A stretch of 64,000 nt of DNA from an uncultured Oscillospiraceae bacterium (GTDB taxonomy: Bacteria; Bacillota; Clostridia; Christensenellales; CAG-138), in the NCBI GenBank assembly GCA_964490325.1, contig CAZBBX010000003.1:25381-89380 (forward strand), read 5' to 3'. Both the position numbers and the translations under genes were made by a program. Under the pieces are notes generated by a model, which worked only from the letters and a program-made list of their open reading frames with translations, had not been told where the DNA came from and made no database searches. Position 1 is the stretch's first letter; each line of letters starts with the position of its first letter. Below are positions 43,352 to 54,359 of the stretch, piece by piece.

Positions 43352-45250
43352 ATGGAACAGGCAAAATACATTTGGGTGGATTTGAGCAGTAAAAGCGCAA
43401 AGCCCTACCTTGTTCCGCAGAACTACTGCGAAAAATACATCGGCGGCAAGTGCCTTGCGGCGCGGCTTTTGTTGGATCTGACCGAAAAGGGCGTGGATCC
43501 GCTTGCGCCCGAGGCGATGCTCATCGTCAACACGGGTCCGCTCAACGGAACGGGAGCGCCCTCGTCCAGCCGCTTCAACATGAGCTTCAAGAACGTCATG
43601 ACAGGCGGCATTGCTTCCAGCAACAGCGGCGGCCAGTTTGGCGTGCTGCTGCGCAAGGCGGGATACGAGGGTCTGATCCTTACGGGAAGGGCGGAGAAGC
43701 CGACACTTTTGGAGATCCTTGACGGCGAGGTGCATTTCACGGACGCGGCGGAGCTGTGGGGTCTCGATGCAGAGGAGACGCAGGCAAAGCTGCCCAAGCC
43801 GTATGGGAAGCTCGTCATCGGCCCCGCAGGCGAGCATCTGGTGCGCTACGCATCCGTGGCGTCGGGGGAGCGTATGTCGGGGCGCTGCGGCTGCGGCGCC
43901 GTGTTCGGCAGCAAGAATCTCAAGGCGGTCGTTGCATACGGTACCCGCCAGATCCCCGTGTACGATCGCGAGGGGCTGAAAGCCTTCACCAAGAAGTGGG
44001 TGAAATTCTTGCGCAAGCACCCCATGACGGGGGAGAGCCTGCCGCGCTACGGCAGCGGCGGCTTGGTCAACAAGGCCAACGCCTCCTATGCGCTGCCCAC
44101 GCATAACTTCAAATATGGACATGACGCTAAGGCGGACGCCGTCAGCGGCGAGACGCTCACAGAGACGATGCTGGTGCGCAACGGCTCCTGCGTGAGCTGC
44201 CCCATCCGCTGCGAACGGCGTGTGTTGGTGGACGGCAAGGAGGTCAAGGGTCCCGAATACGAAACGATGGGCTTCTTTGGTCCCAACATCGACGCGCACG
44301 ATCTCAAGCTGGTGCTCAAGATGAACTACCTTTGCGATGTGTACGGAATGGACACCATCTCCTGCGCATCGACCATCGCGTTTGCCATGGAGCTGAAGGA
44401 GCAAGGTATTCACGACTTTGGCGTGTCTTTTTCGGATGTGGAGGGCTTGGAAGCCTTGATTCGGGAAATCGCCCTGCGCGAAGGCGCTGGAAATGAGCTT
44501 GCCGAGGGCACCAAGCGCTTGAGCGAAAAGTACGGCGGCAAGGACTTTGCAATGAACGCCAAGGGACTGGAGATGGCTTCCTACGAACCGCGCCGCAGCG
44601 TGGGCATGGGTTTGGGCTATGCCGTGGCAAATCGCGGCGGCTGCCATCTCAACGGCGGCTACTTGGCGCTGCTCGAATCGGTGGGCGTGCTGTCCTTGGA
44701 TGCGCAAAGCCCGAAGGCGAAGGCAGAGTTTACGGTGTTCATGCAGGACTGCTTGGAGGCCGTGTCCACGGCAGGGCATTGCCTATTCTCCGCGCAGACC
44801 TTCGTTCCCGCGATCCTGTACAAATGGGGACCCACCCATCCCATGACGCGGCTCATCGGCAAGATTGCCACGCATATCGGCTGGGGCGTGCGCCTGCTGC
44901 TGCGTTTGAGCAATCTTTTGCAGTTCAATTCGCTCTATCTGCTGCCCCATGCGGAGGCGCTGCACCTTGCGACGGGACTGAAAATGAAGACGGCAGAGTT
45001 CATCAAGCTGGGCGAGCGCAGCTACAATTTAGAGCGCCTGTACAGTCTGCGGGAGGGCTTGAGCGGCAAGGACGACACCCTGCCCGATCGATTGACAAAG
45101 ACGCCGCAGGATCCGTCAAAGCCCGACACGGTGGTACCGCTTGACAAGATGCTGCCGCGCTACTACAAGACACGCGGCTGGGACGCGCAGGGCATTCCCA
45201 CAAAGAAGACGCTGCAGCGCCTAAACATTGAGGAGGGGGGATCAAAATGA
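43352..45250 (+). CDS. aor: aldehyde:ferredoxin oxidoreductase (tungsto/molybdo-pterin AOR family)
   Basis: The 632-aa protein has an N-terminal AOR_N pattern (IWVDLSSKSAKPYLVPQNYCEKYIGGKCLAARLL). The CVSCPIRC cluster ligands, EYETMGFFGPN and GLGYAVANRGGCHLNG are also present. Confidence 0.85.
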   Translation: MEQAKYIWVDLSSKSAKPYLVPQNYCEKYIGGKCLAARLLLDLTEKGVDPLAPEAMLIVNTGPLNGTGAPSSSRFNMSFKNVMTGGIASSNSGGQFGVLLRKAGYEGLILTGRAEKPTLLEILDGEVHFTDAAELWGLDAEETQAKLPKPYGKLVIGPAGEHLVRYASVASGERMSGRCGCGAVFGSKNLKAVVAYGTRQIPVYDREGLKAFTKKWVKFLRKHPMTGESLPRYGSGGLVNKANASYALPTHNFKYGHDAKADAVSGETLTETMLVRNGSCVSCPIRCERRVLVDGKEVKGPEYETMGFFGPNIDAHDLKLVLKMNYLCDVYGMDTISCASTIAFAMELKEQGIHDFGVSFSDVEGLEALIREIALREGAGNELAEGTKRLSEKYGGKDFAMNAKGLEMASYEPRRSVGMGLGYAVANRGGCHLNGGYLALLESVGVLSLDAQSPKAKAEFTVFMQDCLEAVSTAGHCLFSAQTFVPAILYKWGPTHPMTRLIGKIATHIGWGVRLLLRLSNLLQFNSLYLLPHAEALHLATGLKMKTAEFIKLGERSYNLERLYSLREGLSGKDDTLPDRLTKTPQDPSKPDTVVPLDKMLPRYYKTRGWDAQGIPTKKTLQRLNIEEGGSK

Positions 45251-45498
45251 TCGTGATCCGCTATCGCGGCGAGCTTTTGGAGCGGATCGGCCACGAGTTT
45301 GACCGCGTTGCCGATATCCATACGGCAAAAGGCGCGCTGCGTTTCGTCAAAATGGCATACGGAAAGGAGACCTGTAAGGTCGCAAAGAAGATGCTGATCG
45401 TTATAAACGGCGAAAGCATCGCGCTGCACGGATACTTTCATGCAAAACTGAAGGAGGGCGACGAGCTGGGCTTTTTACCCATCTGCGGCGGCGGCTGA
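45247..45498 (+). CDS. MoaD/ThiS-family ubiquitin-like sulfur carrier
   Basis: Its start forms an ATGA overlap with aor. The 83-aa protein ends ...LGFLPICGGG, a C-terminal Gly-Gly. Confidence 0.75.
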   Translation: MIVIRYRGELLERIGHEFDRVADIHTAKGALRFVKMAYGKETCKVAKKMLIVINGESIALHGYFHAKLKEGDELGFLPICGGG

Positions 45499-45512
45499 TA
45501 CGATCGATCGGA

Positions 45513-46244
45513 TCAGCGGTAGATCTTAACGCGTCCCGAAAACAGCTGTGCCAAGGTTTCGGTCAGCCTGTTTTCCTTTTGTCCGCTCAGGTCATAGATG
45601 ATCAGCGTCTTGGGCGCCATGTGGATCAAAAGGTTCACCAGCCCCTCCCTTGCGCCGTCCTCGTACTCCAAGCGCACAAAGCAATCGTCCGTCAAGGTGC
45701 AGCGGCCATCCGCATGGATGCAAAGCTGCAGCTCGCAAACGCGTGGGGGCAGGGCCTCTAAATACGAATCGAGCGCCTGCAGCAGATCCTGATACTCGCG
45801 CCCCAGCAGCGCCTGCGCCGCAGCCTGCTCCACATACAGCTGCCACAGCTCGGTGTATTCCTGCATTCGAAAGGTCAAGTAGCCCTCCAAGCAAAAGGAA
45901 GTGGAGCGTTTCAGCTCCTCCGCGATCCCCTGTGCAAGCTTTTCATACTCCTCATGTCCCCTTGCGGCGGAGAGCGCTTCCGTTAGGACGGTCTGCTTTT
46001 CCTCCAAGTTTAGAGGCAGTCGATCCGCCATGCGCGCCATGACAAAATACGAAAGATCGCGGCAGAGTACACGGGCAAGCGCCTGCGCCAACAGTCCCGC
46101 AGCACGCGAACCGCGCAGGGTCACGACCGTCTCCCGCTTGCGATCCGCAATGGTAAAGTCGGCTTCTCGTTCCCGTAAGCGCCTTGTGATCAGCGGCGTG
46201 GGATCCAGATCAAACTCCTCCGTAAAAACGACCCAGCTTGGCAT
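45513..46244 (-). CDS. YtxC-like putative sporulation protein
   Basis: The ATG at 46244 is preceded by AAAGGAG. The core LEGYLTFRMQEY...YQDLLQAL resembles the YtxC family. The call is from memory. Confidence 0.45.
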   Translation of the reverse strand: MPSWVVFTEEFDLDPTPLITRRLREREADFTIADRKRETVVTLRGSRAAGLLAQALARVLCRDLSYFVMARMADRLPLNLEEKQTVLTEALSAARGHEEYEKLAQGIAEELKRSTSFCLEGYLTFRMQEYTELWQLYVEQAAAQALLGREYQDLLQALDSYLEALPPRVCELQLCIHADGRCTLTDDCFVRLEYEDGAREGLVNLLIHMAPKTLIIYDLSGQKENRLTETLAQLFSGRVKIYR

Positions 46245-46357
46245 AGACGCTCCTTTCAAGGGCTTAGGCGCTCGTCTTCCTAATGATATGAACGCCTTTC
46301 CCTATTGTGTGCAGAGCAAATTAAAACGCGCATGGTAATTTTCGGCTGTGGCACACT

Positions 46358-47950
46358 ATGCGCATGGAACAGGAACAGCGCTACAGAAAATATTTGGAAC
46401 AGTCAGCAATCACGGATGCGCAAAGGGAATTGTATGAAAAAACGAGCTTTGAAAGTCCGCCCTTGTTCAGTCTGCTCTGTGCTGACGAAGATCCTTCGTT
46501 CCTCAAGGCTTCCCTGCAAACGCAGATCTATCCGCATTTTGAACTGCTTTTAGGCAGGGATCCCAAAGCGCTTGCAAGAAAAGCGCGGGGAGACTTCCTG
46601 CTGTATTTCCCACGGGACGGGATACTGTCAAGCGACGCCTTGTATCAAATGGCGCTGCTCCTTGCCGCGGACGCCGACGCCGTATACGGCGATTACGACA
46701 GACTTTGCAAGGGCAGACGCGTGTCACCGCAGTTCCTGCCCGCATACTCGCCCGACACGCTGCTGTCCTATCCGTACATCGGTGTTCCCTTTGCAGTCAA
46801 ACGTTCCCTTGACAATGCCGTAGGCGGCCTTGTGAGCTTTGACGCCGGTGAGCGCAGGCGATACACGCTCTTGGTGACGCGGGAGGCAAAGCGCGTGCTG
46901 CATGTTCCCCGCGTGTTGTTCAGCGACAGCGGTATGGACGCTCCCTACGGTACAGAGCCTGTTCGTAAGGCGCTGCGAAGCTTTCACGAAAGGGGACTTG
47001 TCACCGAGGGACTGTTTTTAGGCAGCACAGCCATACGCTTTGGGCTTCGCGGCAGACCCTTGGTGTCCGTGATCATCGCAGGCAAGGGCGACTATAAGAG
47101 CCTGCGGCAGAGCTTGGAAGCTATTGACACAAGCAGCCTGTATCGCAGGATCGAATATGTTGTCTCGGAGAGCGCGGAGGACGAAACGCTGCACCGCTAC
47201 TTGGAAAACCTGCAAAAGAAGCGCCTTGCCCGCGTCCTGATCCCGCAAAGCGGCGAGCCGAATGCCGCGCAGGCTCTCAATACGGCGGCATTTGCGGCGA
47301 AGGGCAGGTACCTGCTCTTTTTGAACGCGGGGGATGAGCCGATCAGCGGAGACTTTGCAGAACGGCTCTGTGAGCTTGCCGCAAGAAACGGCACAGGCGC
47401 GGTGGGCGGTTCCGTTGTCAACACGGACAAACGGATCGTGTCCTGCGGAACGGTCGTGGGGCTGCTGGGCGGACTTGGTTCGCTCTATGCGGAAGCGGTT
47501 CGGGACGAGGGCGGTACGGAAACGACGCAGATCTTTGACAGGAGCCTTTTTCAGCAGTTTACCCGCTGCATCCGCAATGTCAGCGCACTGCCGCTTTGCG
47601 GCCTTACGCTTGCAAGGGAGCTGTTCTTTGCACAGCGCGGCTTTGACGAGACCTTGGGAACGGCGGGCTTTGCGGAGGAGCTGTGCCTGCGCCTGAACGC
47701 CGTGGGCAGAAGAACGATCTTTACACCCTACGCGACCTTTTTGACGCGTTCCCTCCCGCAAAAAGCAAACGATCCAAGGATGCAGGACGTCTTCCGCGCC
47801 ATGCTGAAGGAGGGAGACCCTTACTTCAGCCCAAATTTTTCCTTGGAAACAACAACGCCGCAGATCAAAACGCGTGAGCGGAGCGGTCTAAGCCTGCATG
47901 TGGAGGGGGAGTGGTTCACTACCCTGCAGGGAAGCGCGGAAAAACCATAA
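46358..47950 (+). CDS. family 2 glycosyltransferase (two GT-A-like halves)
   Basis: Two GT2-type N-terminal strands are present: FSLLCADEDPSFLKASLQT and PLVSVIIAGKGDYKSLRQSLEAI. LFLNAGDEP is a DxD-like region. Confidence 0.6.
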   Translation: MRMEQEQRYRKYLEQSAITDAQRELYEKTSFESPPLFSLLCADEDPSFLKASLQTQIYPHFELLLGRDPKALARKARGDFLLYFPRDGILSSDALYQMALLLAADADAVYGDYDRLCKGRRVSPQFLPAYSPDTLLSYPYIGVPFAVKRSLDNAVGGLVSFDAGERRRYTLLVTREAKRVLHVPRVLFSDSGMDAPYGTEPVRKALRSFHERGLVTEGLFLGSTAIRFGLRGRPLVSVIIAGKGDYKSLRQSLEAIDTSSLYRRIEYVVSESAEDETLHRYLENLQKKRLARVLIPQSGEPNAAQALNTAAFAAKGRYLLFLNAGDEPISGDFAERLCELAARNGTGAVGGSVVNTDKRIVSCGTVVGLLGGLGSLYAEAVRDEGGTETTQIFDRSLFQQFTRCIRNVSALPLCGLTLARELFFAQRGFDETLGTAGFAEELCLRLNAVGRRTIFTPYATFLTRSLPQKANDPRMQDVFRAMLKEGDPYFSPNFSLETTTPQIKTRERSGLSLHVEGEWFTTLQGSAEKP

Positions 47951-47953
47951 GAA

Positions 47954-47994
47954 ACGGCCTTCGCCCGAATCAGACGAAGGCCGTAATCATTTTT
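47954..47994. terminator. bidirectional terminator between GT2 and aminotransferase genes
   Basis: ACGGCCTTCG / CGAAGGCCGT form a perfect 10-bp stem with an 11-nt loop, followed by AATCATTTTT. Confidence 0.65.
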
Positions 47995-48005
47995 GATGGG
48001 TCGCT

Positions 48006-49190
48006 CTATCGATTGCTTTCGATCAAGCGGCGGAAGACGGGGAGCGAACGCTCCGCCTTGTCCGTGGTCAGACAGTAGCAAAGCCGCACATAGGGTGCGC
48101 AGCCAAAGTCGCGACCCGGAACAGCAAGGATGCCCTGCGCCTTGGCACGGTCGCTGAAGGCGTTGCCGTCGCCTTCGGGTGCGCGCACGAACAGGTAGAA
48201 TGCACCCTGCGGCTTGGCGGTATGGTAGCCCATTTCGGTCAGGCCTTCGTAGAGGAGCTTGCGATTTATGATGTAGCTGCTAAGATCCGGCTGCACATCG
48301 CAGCACAGCGCGGCCACTCGCTGATACAGGGAGTTGGCGCAAACATGTCCACACACGCGTGCACTGCCCGCAATGGCGTCCCGAATGTCCGAATACTCAC
48401 TGAGCGTCTTGGGAAAGAGGATCCAACCGATGCGCTGACCCGGCAGGGACAGCACCTTGCTGTAGGAATAGCAGACCAAGGTATCGGGGTAGTACTGCGG
48501 CACCCAGGGCACGACGCAGCCGTCGTAGACCAGCTCGCGATAGGGCTCGTCGCTGATGAGGTAGATGGGATGTCCCAGCTCCCGTGAGCGGCGCTTCAGC
48601 AGTTCCGCAAGAGAACGAAGCGTATCCTCGCTGTACACGCAGCCGCAGGGATTGTTTGGCGAGTTGATAAGGACAGCCTGCGTGTGCGGACCGATGGCGG
48701 CGTCCAACGCATCCAAGCGGATCTGAAAGTTCGGTTCATCGGGCGGAACGACCACGATCTTGCCGCCGTTGGCGGAGATAAAAGGTACATACTCCGCAAA
48801 ATAGGGAGCGATCAGAACAAATTCGGCTTCAGGCACCATCAAAGCCCGAATACAGCTGACCAATGCGGGGGCTGCGCCCACGGTCAGGAACAGTTCGTTC
48901 GCCGTGTAGCTGCTGCCAAAGCGCCGATTGAGCGATGCGGCGATCTTAGCACGCGAGGCTGCGTCGCCTGCCGCAACGGTATAGCCGTTGAGCTCGACTG
49001 AATTTGTCTCAGCAAGAATGGACAGAATGGCTTCCTTTACGGCGTCGGGAGCGGGGGTACTAGGGTTGCCGATGCTAAAATCAAAGATGTTTTCAGCCCC
49101 GATCTCCTTGCTTTTTTGCATACCATATTCAAACAATTCCCGAATGTTGGAGCGCGTATGCCCCAGCTGAAACATGGTTTTTGAGACCAT
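48006..49190 (-). CDS. class I/II PLP-dependent aminotransferase (aspartate/aromatic type)
   Basis: It carries FSIGNPSTPAP, NSPNNPCG and SYSKVLSLPGQRIGW (PLP Lys). The start is uncertain: ATG at 49190 or 49175, while the track start at 49199 is a TTG. Confidence 0.8.
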   Translation of the reverse strand: MVSKTMFQLGHTRSNIRELFEYGMQKSKEIGAENIFDFSIGNPSTPAPDAVKEAILSILAETNSVELNGYTVAAGDAASRAKIAASLNRRFGSSYTANELFLTVGAAPALVSCIRALMVPEAEFVLIAPYFAEYVPFISANGGKIVVVPPDEPNFQIRLDALDAAIGPHTQAVLINSPNNPCGCVYSEDTLRSLAELLKRRSRELGHPIYLISDEPYRELVYDGCVVPWVPQYYPDTLVCYSYSKVLSLPGQRIGWILFPKTLSEYSDIRDAIAGSARVCGHVCANSLYQRVAALCCDVQPDLSSYIINRKLLYEGLTEMGYHTAKPQGAFYLFVRAPEGDGNAFSDRAKAQGILAVPGRDFGCAPYVRLCYCLTTDKAERSLPVFRRLIESNR

Positions 49191-49310
49191 ATGCTGCAAT
49201 GACCCTGCCTTTCTGCGCAGTATGCGCGTCCTTCCTCTAATTCATAATAACACAGACGTATGAAAAAGTCACAGTTTCACAAGATATATTTTGTATACGC
49301 AAACAGCTAT

Positions 49311-49339
49311 TTGACAGATACCCCATGGGGGTATATAAT
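49311..49339 (+). promoter_or_regulatory. consensus sigma-A promoter of copA with embedded CsoR-type operator
   Basis: The promoter is TTGACA (49311-16), 17 nt, then TATAAT (49334-39). The spacer holds the perfect inverted repeat ATACCCC-ATG-GGGGTAT (49318-49334). Confidence 0.75.
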
Positions 49340-49358
49340 ACGAAAAAAAGGGGGCTGC

Positions 49359-51587
49359 ATGAAAGACGAAAGCTATAGCATAGGCGGCATGTCCTGCGCT
49401 GCCTGCGCGGCCGCCGTGGAACGGGTCACAAGCAAGCTTGCGGGTGTGGAGCTGAGCGAGGTGAACCTTGTCACGCAGCGGATGCACATTCGGTACGATG
49501 AAAAAAAGGTGACTGCCGCCGCCATCACGGCACGCATCGAGAAGGCGGGCTTTACGGCGGAGCTTGAACGGCAAAAGGAAGCTGCCGCAAAGAAAAAGCA
49601 GACGGACAAGGCGGGAGACGGCAAAACGGAGCTGATCGTTGCGCTTGCGTTCGCGGCCATATTGCTCTATGTTTCCATGGGGCCGATGCTCTTTTCGGCG
49701 CCTTTGCCTGCGGTCTTTTCACCCGAGCAGCGTCCGCTGCAGTATGGACTTTTGCAGCTGCTGTTGACCCTGCCCGCACTGTATGTGGGACGCGGTCTTA
49801 TCGGTCATGGCCTGAAGTCTTTGTTTCGGGGGCAGCCCAACATGGACAGCTTGGTGGCCATCGGCTGCCTTTGCTCCTTCCTTTACAGCACGCTGCTTCT
49901 TTTGCTGTCGACCGACACGAGTCATCTTGCCCATCAGCTGTACTTTGAGTCCGCCGCGGTGGTCTTGGCGTTGGTGATGCTGGGTAAATATTTGGAGCGG
50001 CGCAGCAAGAAAAAGACGCTTTCCGCCATTGAAAAGCTGCAGGCGCTCATGCCCGATACCGCTCTGTTGGAAAAGGACGGCGAGCTGCGTTCGGTCGCGG
50101 CGGACAGCCTGCGTGTTGGGGACATTGTACGTATTCGCCCCGGTGCTCGCGTTCCGCGGGATGCTGTTGTGACGGAGGGTACGAGCGGCGTGGACGAATC
50201 GCTCTTGACGGGGGAAAGCATACCCGTTGAAAAGCAGGCGGGAAGCGAACTCATCGGAGGGAGCGTGAACGGTGCGGGACTATTGCGCGCACGCATCACC
50301 CGCGTGGGCGAGGACACCACACTTGCCGCCATCATTCGCTTCGTGGAGGATGCGCAGAGCAAGAAAGCACCCATTGCAAAGCTTGCGGACAAGGTGTCGG
50401 GCGTGTTCGTGCCCGTGGTGATGGGCATAGCGCTGTTGGCAGGCGCGATCTTTCTGCTGGCGGGAGAAGGGATCGCCCTTGCGCTGCGTGTGTTCACGGC
50501 GGTACTGGTGATCGCCTGCCCCTGCGCACTGGGGCTTGCCACACCCACCTCTGTGGTGGTGGGAACGGGGCTTGGCGCGGCGCACGGCTTGATGATACGC
50601 AGCGGCGAGGCCTTGGAGCAGCTGCACAAAACGCAGCTTGTCGTGTTCGACAAAACGGGAACGCTGACGGAGGGCAAGCCGCGTGTGACAAAGATCCTAA
50701 GCTTTACAGCCGATGAAAACGAGGCGCTGACCCTATGCGCCATTGCGGAGTCCGCTTCCACGCACCCACTTGCAAAGGCGCTTCTTGACGAAGCCGAGCG
50801 GCGGAAGCTCGTTTTGGACAAGAGCCGTCTTACAAAAATGACGGAGCGAGGCGGGCTTGGCTTGGAGGCAAGCCTTTCGGACGGCAAAGCTCTGTTGATC
50901 GGCAGCGAACGTTTGCTTAGTGAAAACGGTGTTGCGGCGACGCTTACGGATGCGCAAAACGAAAGCTTGCAGGGACAAACAAGGGTCTATGTCGCACTTG
51001 ACGGCAAGCTCCTTGCGGTCATCGGCGTAGCGGACACGCTGCGTGAGGGCGCAGTCGAGGCGATAGAGCAGCTGCATCGCAGCAAGCGCGAGGTGCTGCT
51101 GCTGTCGGGCGACAGGCGCGAGACGGCGGAGCAGATCGCAAAGGCTTTGGGCGCGGACGCCGTCAAGGCGGAGGTGCTGCCCAAGGATAAGGCGCGGGTC
51201 ATTTCGGAGCTGCAGGCACAAAAGAAGATCGTTTTGATGGTGGGCGACGGCGTGAATGACGCGCCTGCCCTTGTACAGGCGGACTGCGGCATGGCGATCG
51301 GCGCAGGCAGCGATGTTGCCATCGCGCAGGCGGACGTCATCCTCACGCGCAACGATCCAAGGGACGTGGTCAAGGCGATCCGTCTTTCGGATCTGACGAT
51401 GCGGAACATCAAGCAGAACCTGTTTTGGGCGTTCTTTTATAACAGCATCGGCATCCCCATAGCGGCAGGGATCCTTTATCCCGCCTTTGGCTTTCTATTA
51501 AGTCCCATGATCGCGGGTCTGGCGATGAGCCTAAGCTCCATATGCGTGGTGACGAATGCCTTAAGCTTAAGGAGGAAAAAATTGTGA
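49359..51587 (+). CDS. copA: copper-translocating P1B-type ATPase
   Basis: ATG at 49359. It has an HMA domain (GMSCAACAAAVE), CPC (ACPCALGLATP), DKTGTLT and GDGVNDAP. Confidence 0.9.
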   Translation: MKDESYSIGGMSCAACAAAVERVTSKLAGVELSEVNLVTQRMHIRYDEKKVTAAAITARIEKAGFTAELERQKEAAAKKKQTDKAGDGKTELIVALAFAAILLYVSMGPMLFSAPLPAVFSPEQRPLQYGLLQLLLTLPALYVGRGLIGHGLKSLFRGQPNMDSLVAIGCLCSFLYSTLLLLLSTDTSHLAHQLYFESAAVVLALVMLGKYLERRSKKKTLSAIEKLQALMPDTALLEKDGELRSVAADSLRVGDIVRIRPGARVPRDAVVTEGTSGVDESLLTGESIPVEKQAGSELIGGSVNGAGLLRARITRVGEDTTLAAIIRFVEDAQSKKAPIAKLADKVSGVFVPVVMGIALLAGAIFLLAGEGIALALRVFTAVLVIACPCALGLATPTSVVVGTGLGAAHGLMIRSGEALEQLHKTQLVVFDKTGTLTEGKPRVTKILSFTADENEALTLCAIAESASTHPLAKALLDEAERRKLVLDKSRLTKMTERGGLGLEASLSDGKALLIGSERLLSENGVAATLTDAQNESLQGQTRVYVALDGKLLAVIGVADTLREGAVEAIEQLHRSKREVLLLSGDRRETAEQIAKALGADAVKAEVLPKDKARVISELQAQKKIVLMVGDGVNDAPALVQADCGMAIGAGSDVAIAQADVILTRNDPRDVVKAIRLSDLTMRNIKQNLFWAFFYNSIGIPIAAGILYPAFGFLLSPMIAGLAMSLSSICVVTNALSLRRKKL

Positions 51588-51910
51588 CGCAGGATGAATT
51601 AGAACGTAAGGAGCAGGCCTGCTGCGCCTGTACGCGGCACAAGCAGCGAAACGAGGACGAGCAGAAGGCGCTCAAGAACCGTCTGAGCCGCATCGAGGGG
51701 CAGGTGCGCGGCATACGGCGCATGGTCGAGGACGAGGTCTATTGCGTTGACATCCTAAACCAACTCATTGCGGCACGGTCGGCATTGGACGCGTTCGGAC
51801 GTGAGCTGATGGCGCAGCATGTGCGCGACTGCGTGGTAACAGGCGTCAAGCAGGGGGATGAAGCCGTAGTGGAGGAATTGATCTCTACACTTCGTCGCAT
51901 GATGAAATAA
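51584..51910 (+). CDS. csoR: CsoR-family copper-sensing repressor
   Basis: The GTG start forms a GTGA overlap with the copA stop and is preceded by AAGGAGG. LKNRLSRIEGQVRGIRRM is present, as are the C-H-C ligands (YCVD, HVRDC). Confidence 0.85.
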   Translation: MTQDELERKEQACCACTRHKQRNEDEQKALKNRLSRIEGQVRGIRRMVEDEVYCVDILNQLIAARSALDAFGRELMAQHVRDCVVTGVKQGDEAVVEELISTLRRMMK

Positions 51911-51934
51911 TTCCGCATAGAAAGAGGTAAGAAC

Positions 51935-52129
51935 ATGGTCGAATGGAAGGTAACGGACATGCACTGCGCTATGTGCGTGGCGCGCATCGAGAAGGCGATG
52001 CAACAAAACAAGCTCCAAGCAAACGTTTCCCTTGCGGATAAACGCGTGAGCGTGGACGGCGGGGAAGCGAAGGCTGCAAAAGCGGAGGAGATCTTAGAGG
52101 AGCTGGGCTTTGACGCGGTAAGGATCTGA
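51935..52129 (+). CDS. copZ: heavy-metal-associated (CopZ-like) copper chaperone
   Basis: The 64-aa protein carries MxCxxC as DMHCAMCVARIEKA. Confidence 0.75.
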   Translation: MVEWKVTDMHCAMCVARIEKAMQQNKLQANVSLADKRVSVDGGEAKAAKAEEILEELGFDAVRI

Positions 52130-52233
52130 TCCAAGCCCGCACCCCTCCGTGCGCACACAATTCAAGGACGGTGCGTATTATACAGTATTCGGCGGCAGCG
52201 TCGAAAAAACTGTCCTAAGGAGGGAGAAGAACG

Positions 52234-52437
52234 ATGTTCGGTAACTGTGGGGGCTCCAACGTGATGTGGGTGCTCGTCCTGCTGCTGGTACTCGGCGATG
52301 GCGAAGACGGCTGTGGCTGCGGCTGCGATACGCTGATCTGGCTGCTTCTGCTCAGCAAGTACTGCGGTCTTGGCGAAGGTTTCAACGGCGGCGGCTGCAA
52401 CTGCAACAATCAGTCCAATCGGAACTGCGGCTGCTAA
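52234..52437 (+). CDS. 67-aa Cys/Gly/Asn-rich protein with two short hydrophobic segments
   Basis: TAAGGAGGGAG RBS. Third-position GC is strong in this frame. The sequence is MFGNCGGSNVMWVLVLLLVLGDGEDGCGCGCDTLIWLLLLSKYCGLGEGFNGGGCNCNNQSNRNCGC. Confidence 0.55.
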   Translation: MFGNCGGSNVMWVLVLLLVLGDGEDGCGCGCDTLIWLLLLSKYCGLGEGFNGGGCNCNNQSNRNCGC

Positions 52438-52455
52438 GTTGTAAAGCGAAAAACG

Positions 52456-52484
52456 TTGGCAAAGCGGCTCCTCTGTGGTATACT
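52456..52484 (+). promoter_or_regulatory. promoter of mnmA operon
   Basis: TTGGCA-17 nt-TATACT, with an extended -10 TG. Confidence 0.5.
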
Positions 52485-52536
52485 GCCATGGGGGAGCCCT
52501 CTGTTTTTGCGTAAAGGATCCGACCAATTTTTATGA

Positions 52537-54356
<1,820 letters not shown>

Positions 54357-54359
54357 AGA

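Noticed and set aside
43307-44779. 490-aa minus-strand ORF
   Set aside because: It is antisense to the aldehyde:ferredoxin oxidoreductase gene and carries no recognisable motifs.
52162-52527. 121-aa minus-strand ORF and 82-aa plus-strand ORF overlapping the Cys-rich ORF
   Set aside because: Only the 52234-52437 frame has a strong RBS and genome-like third-position GC. The others lack start contexts.
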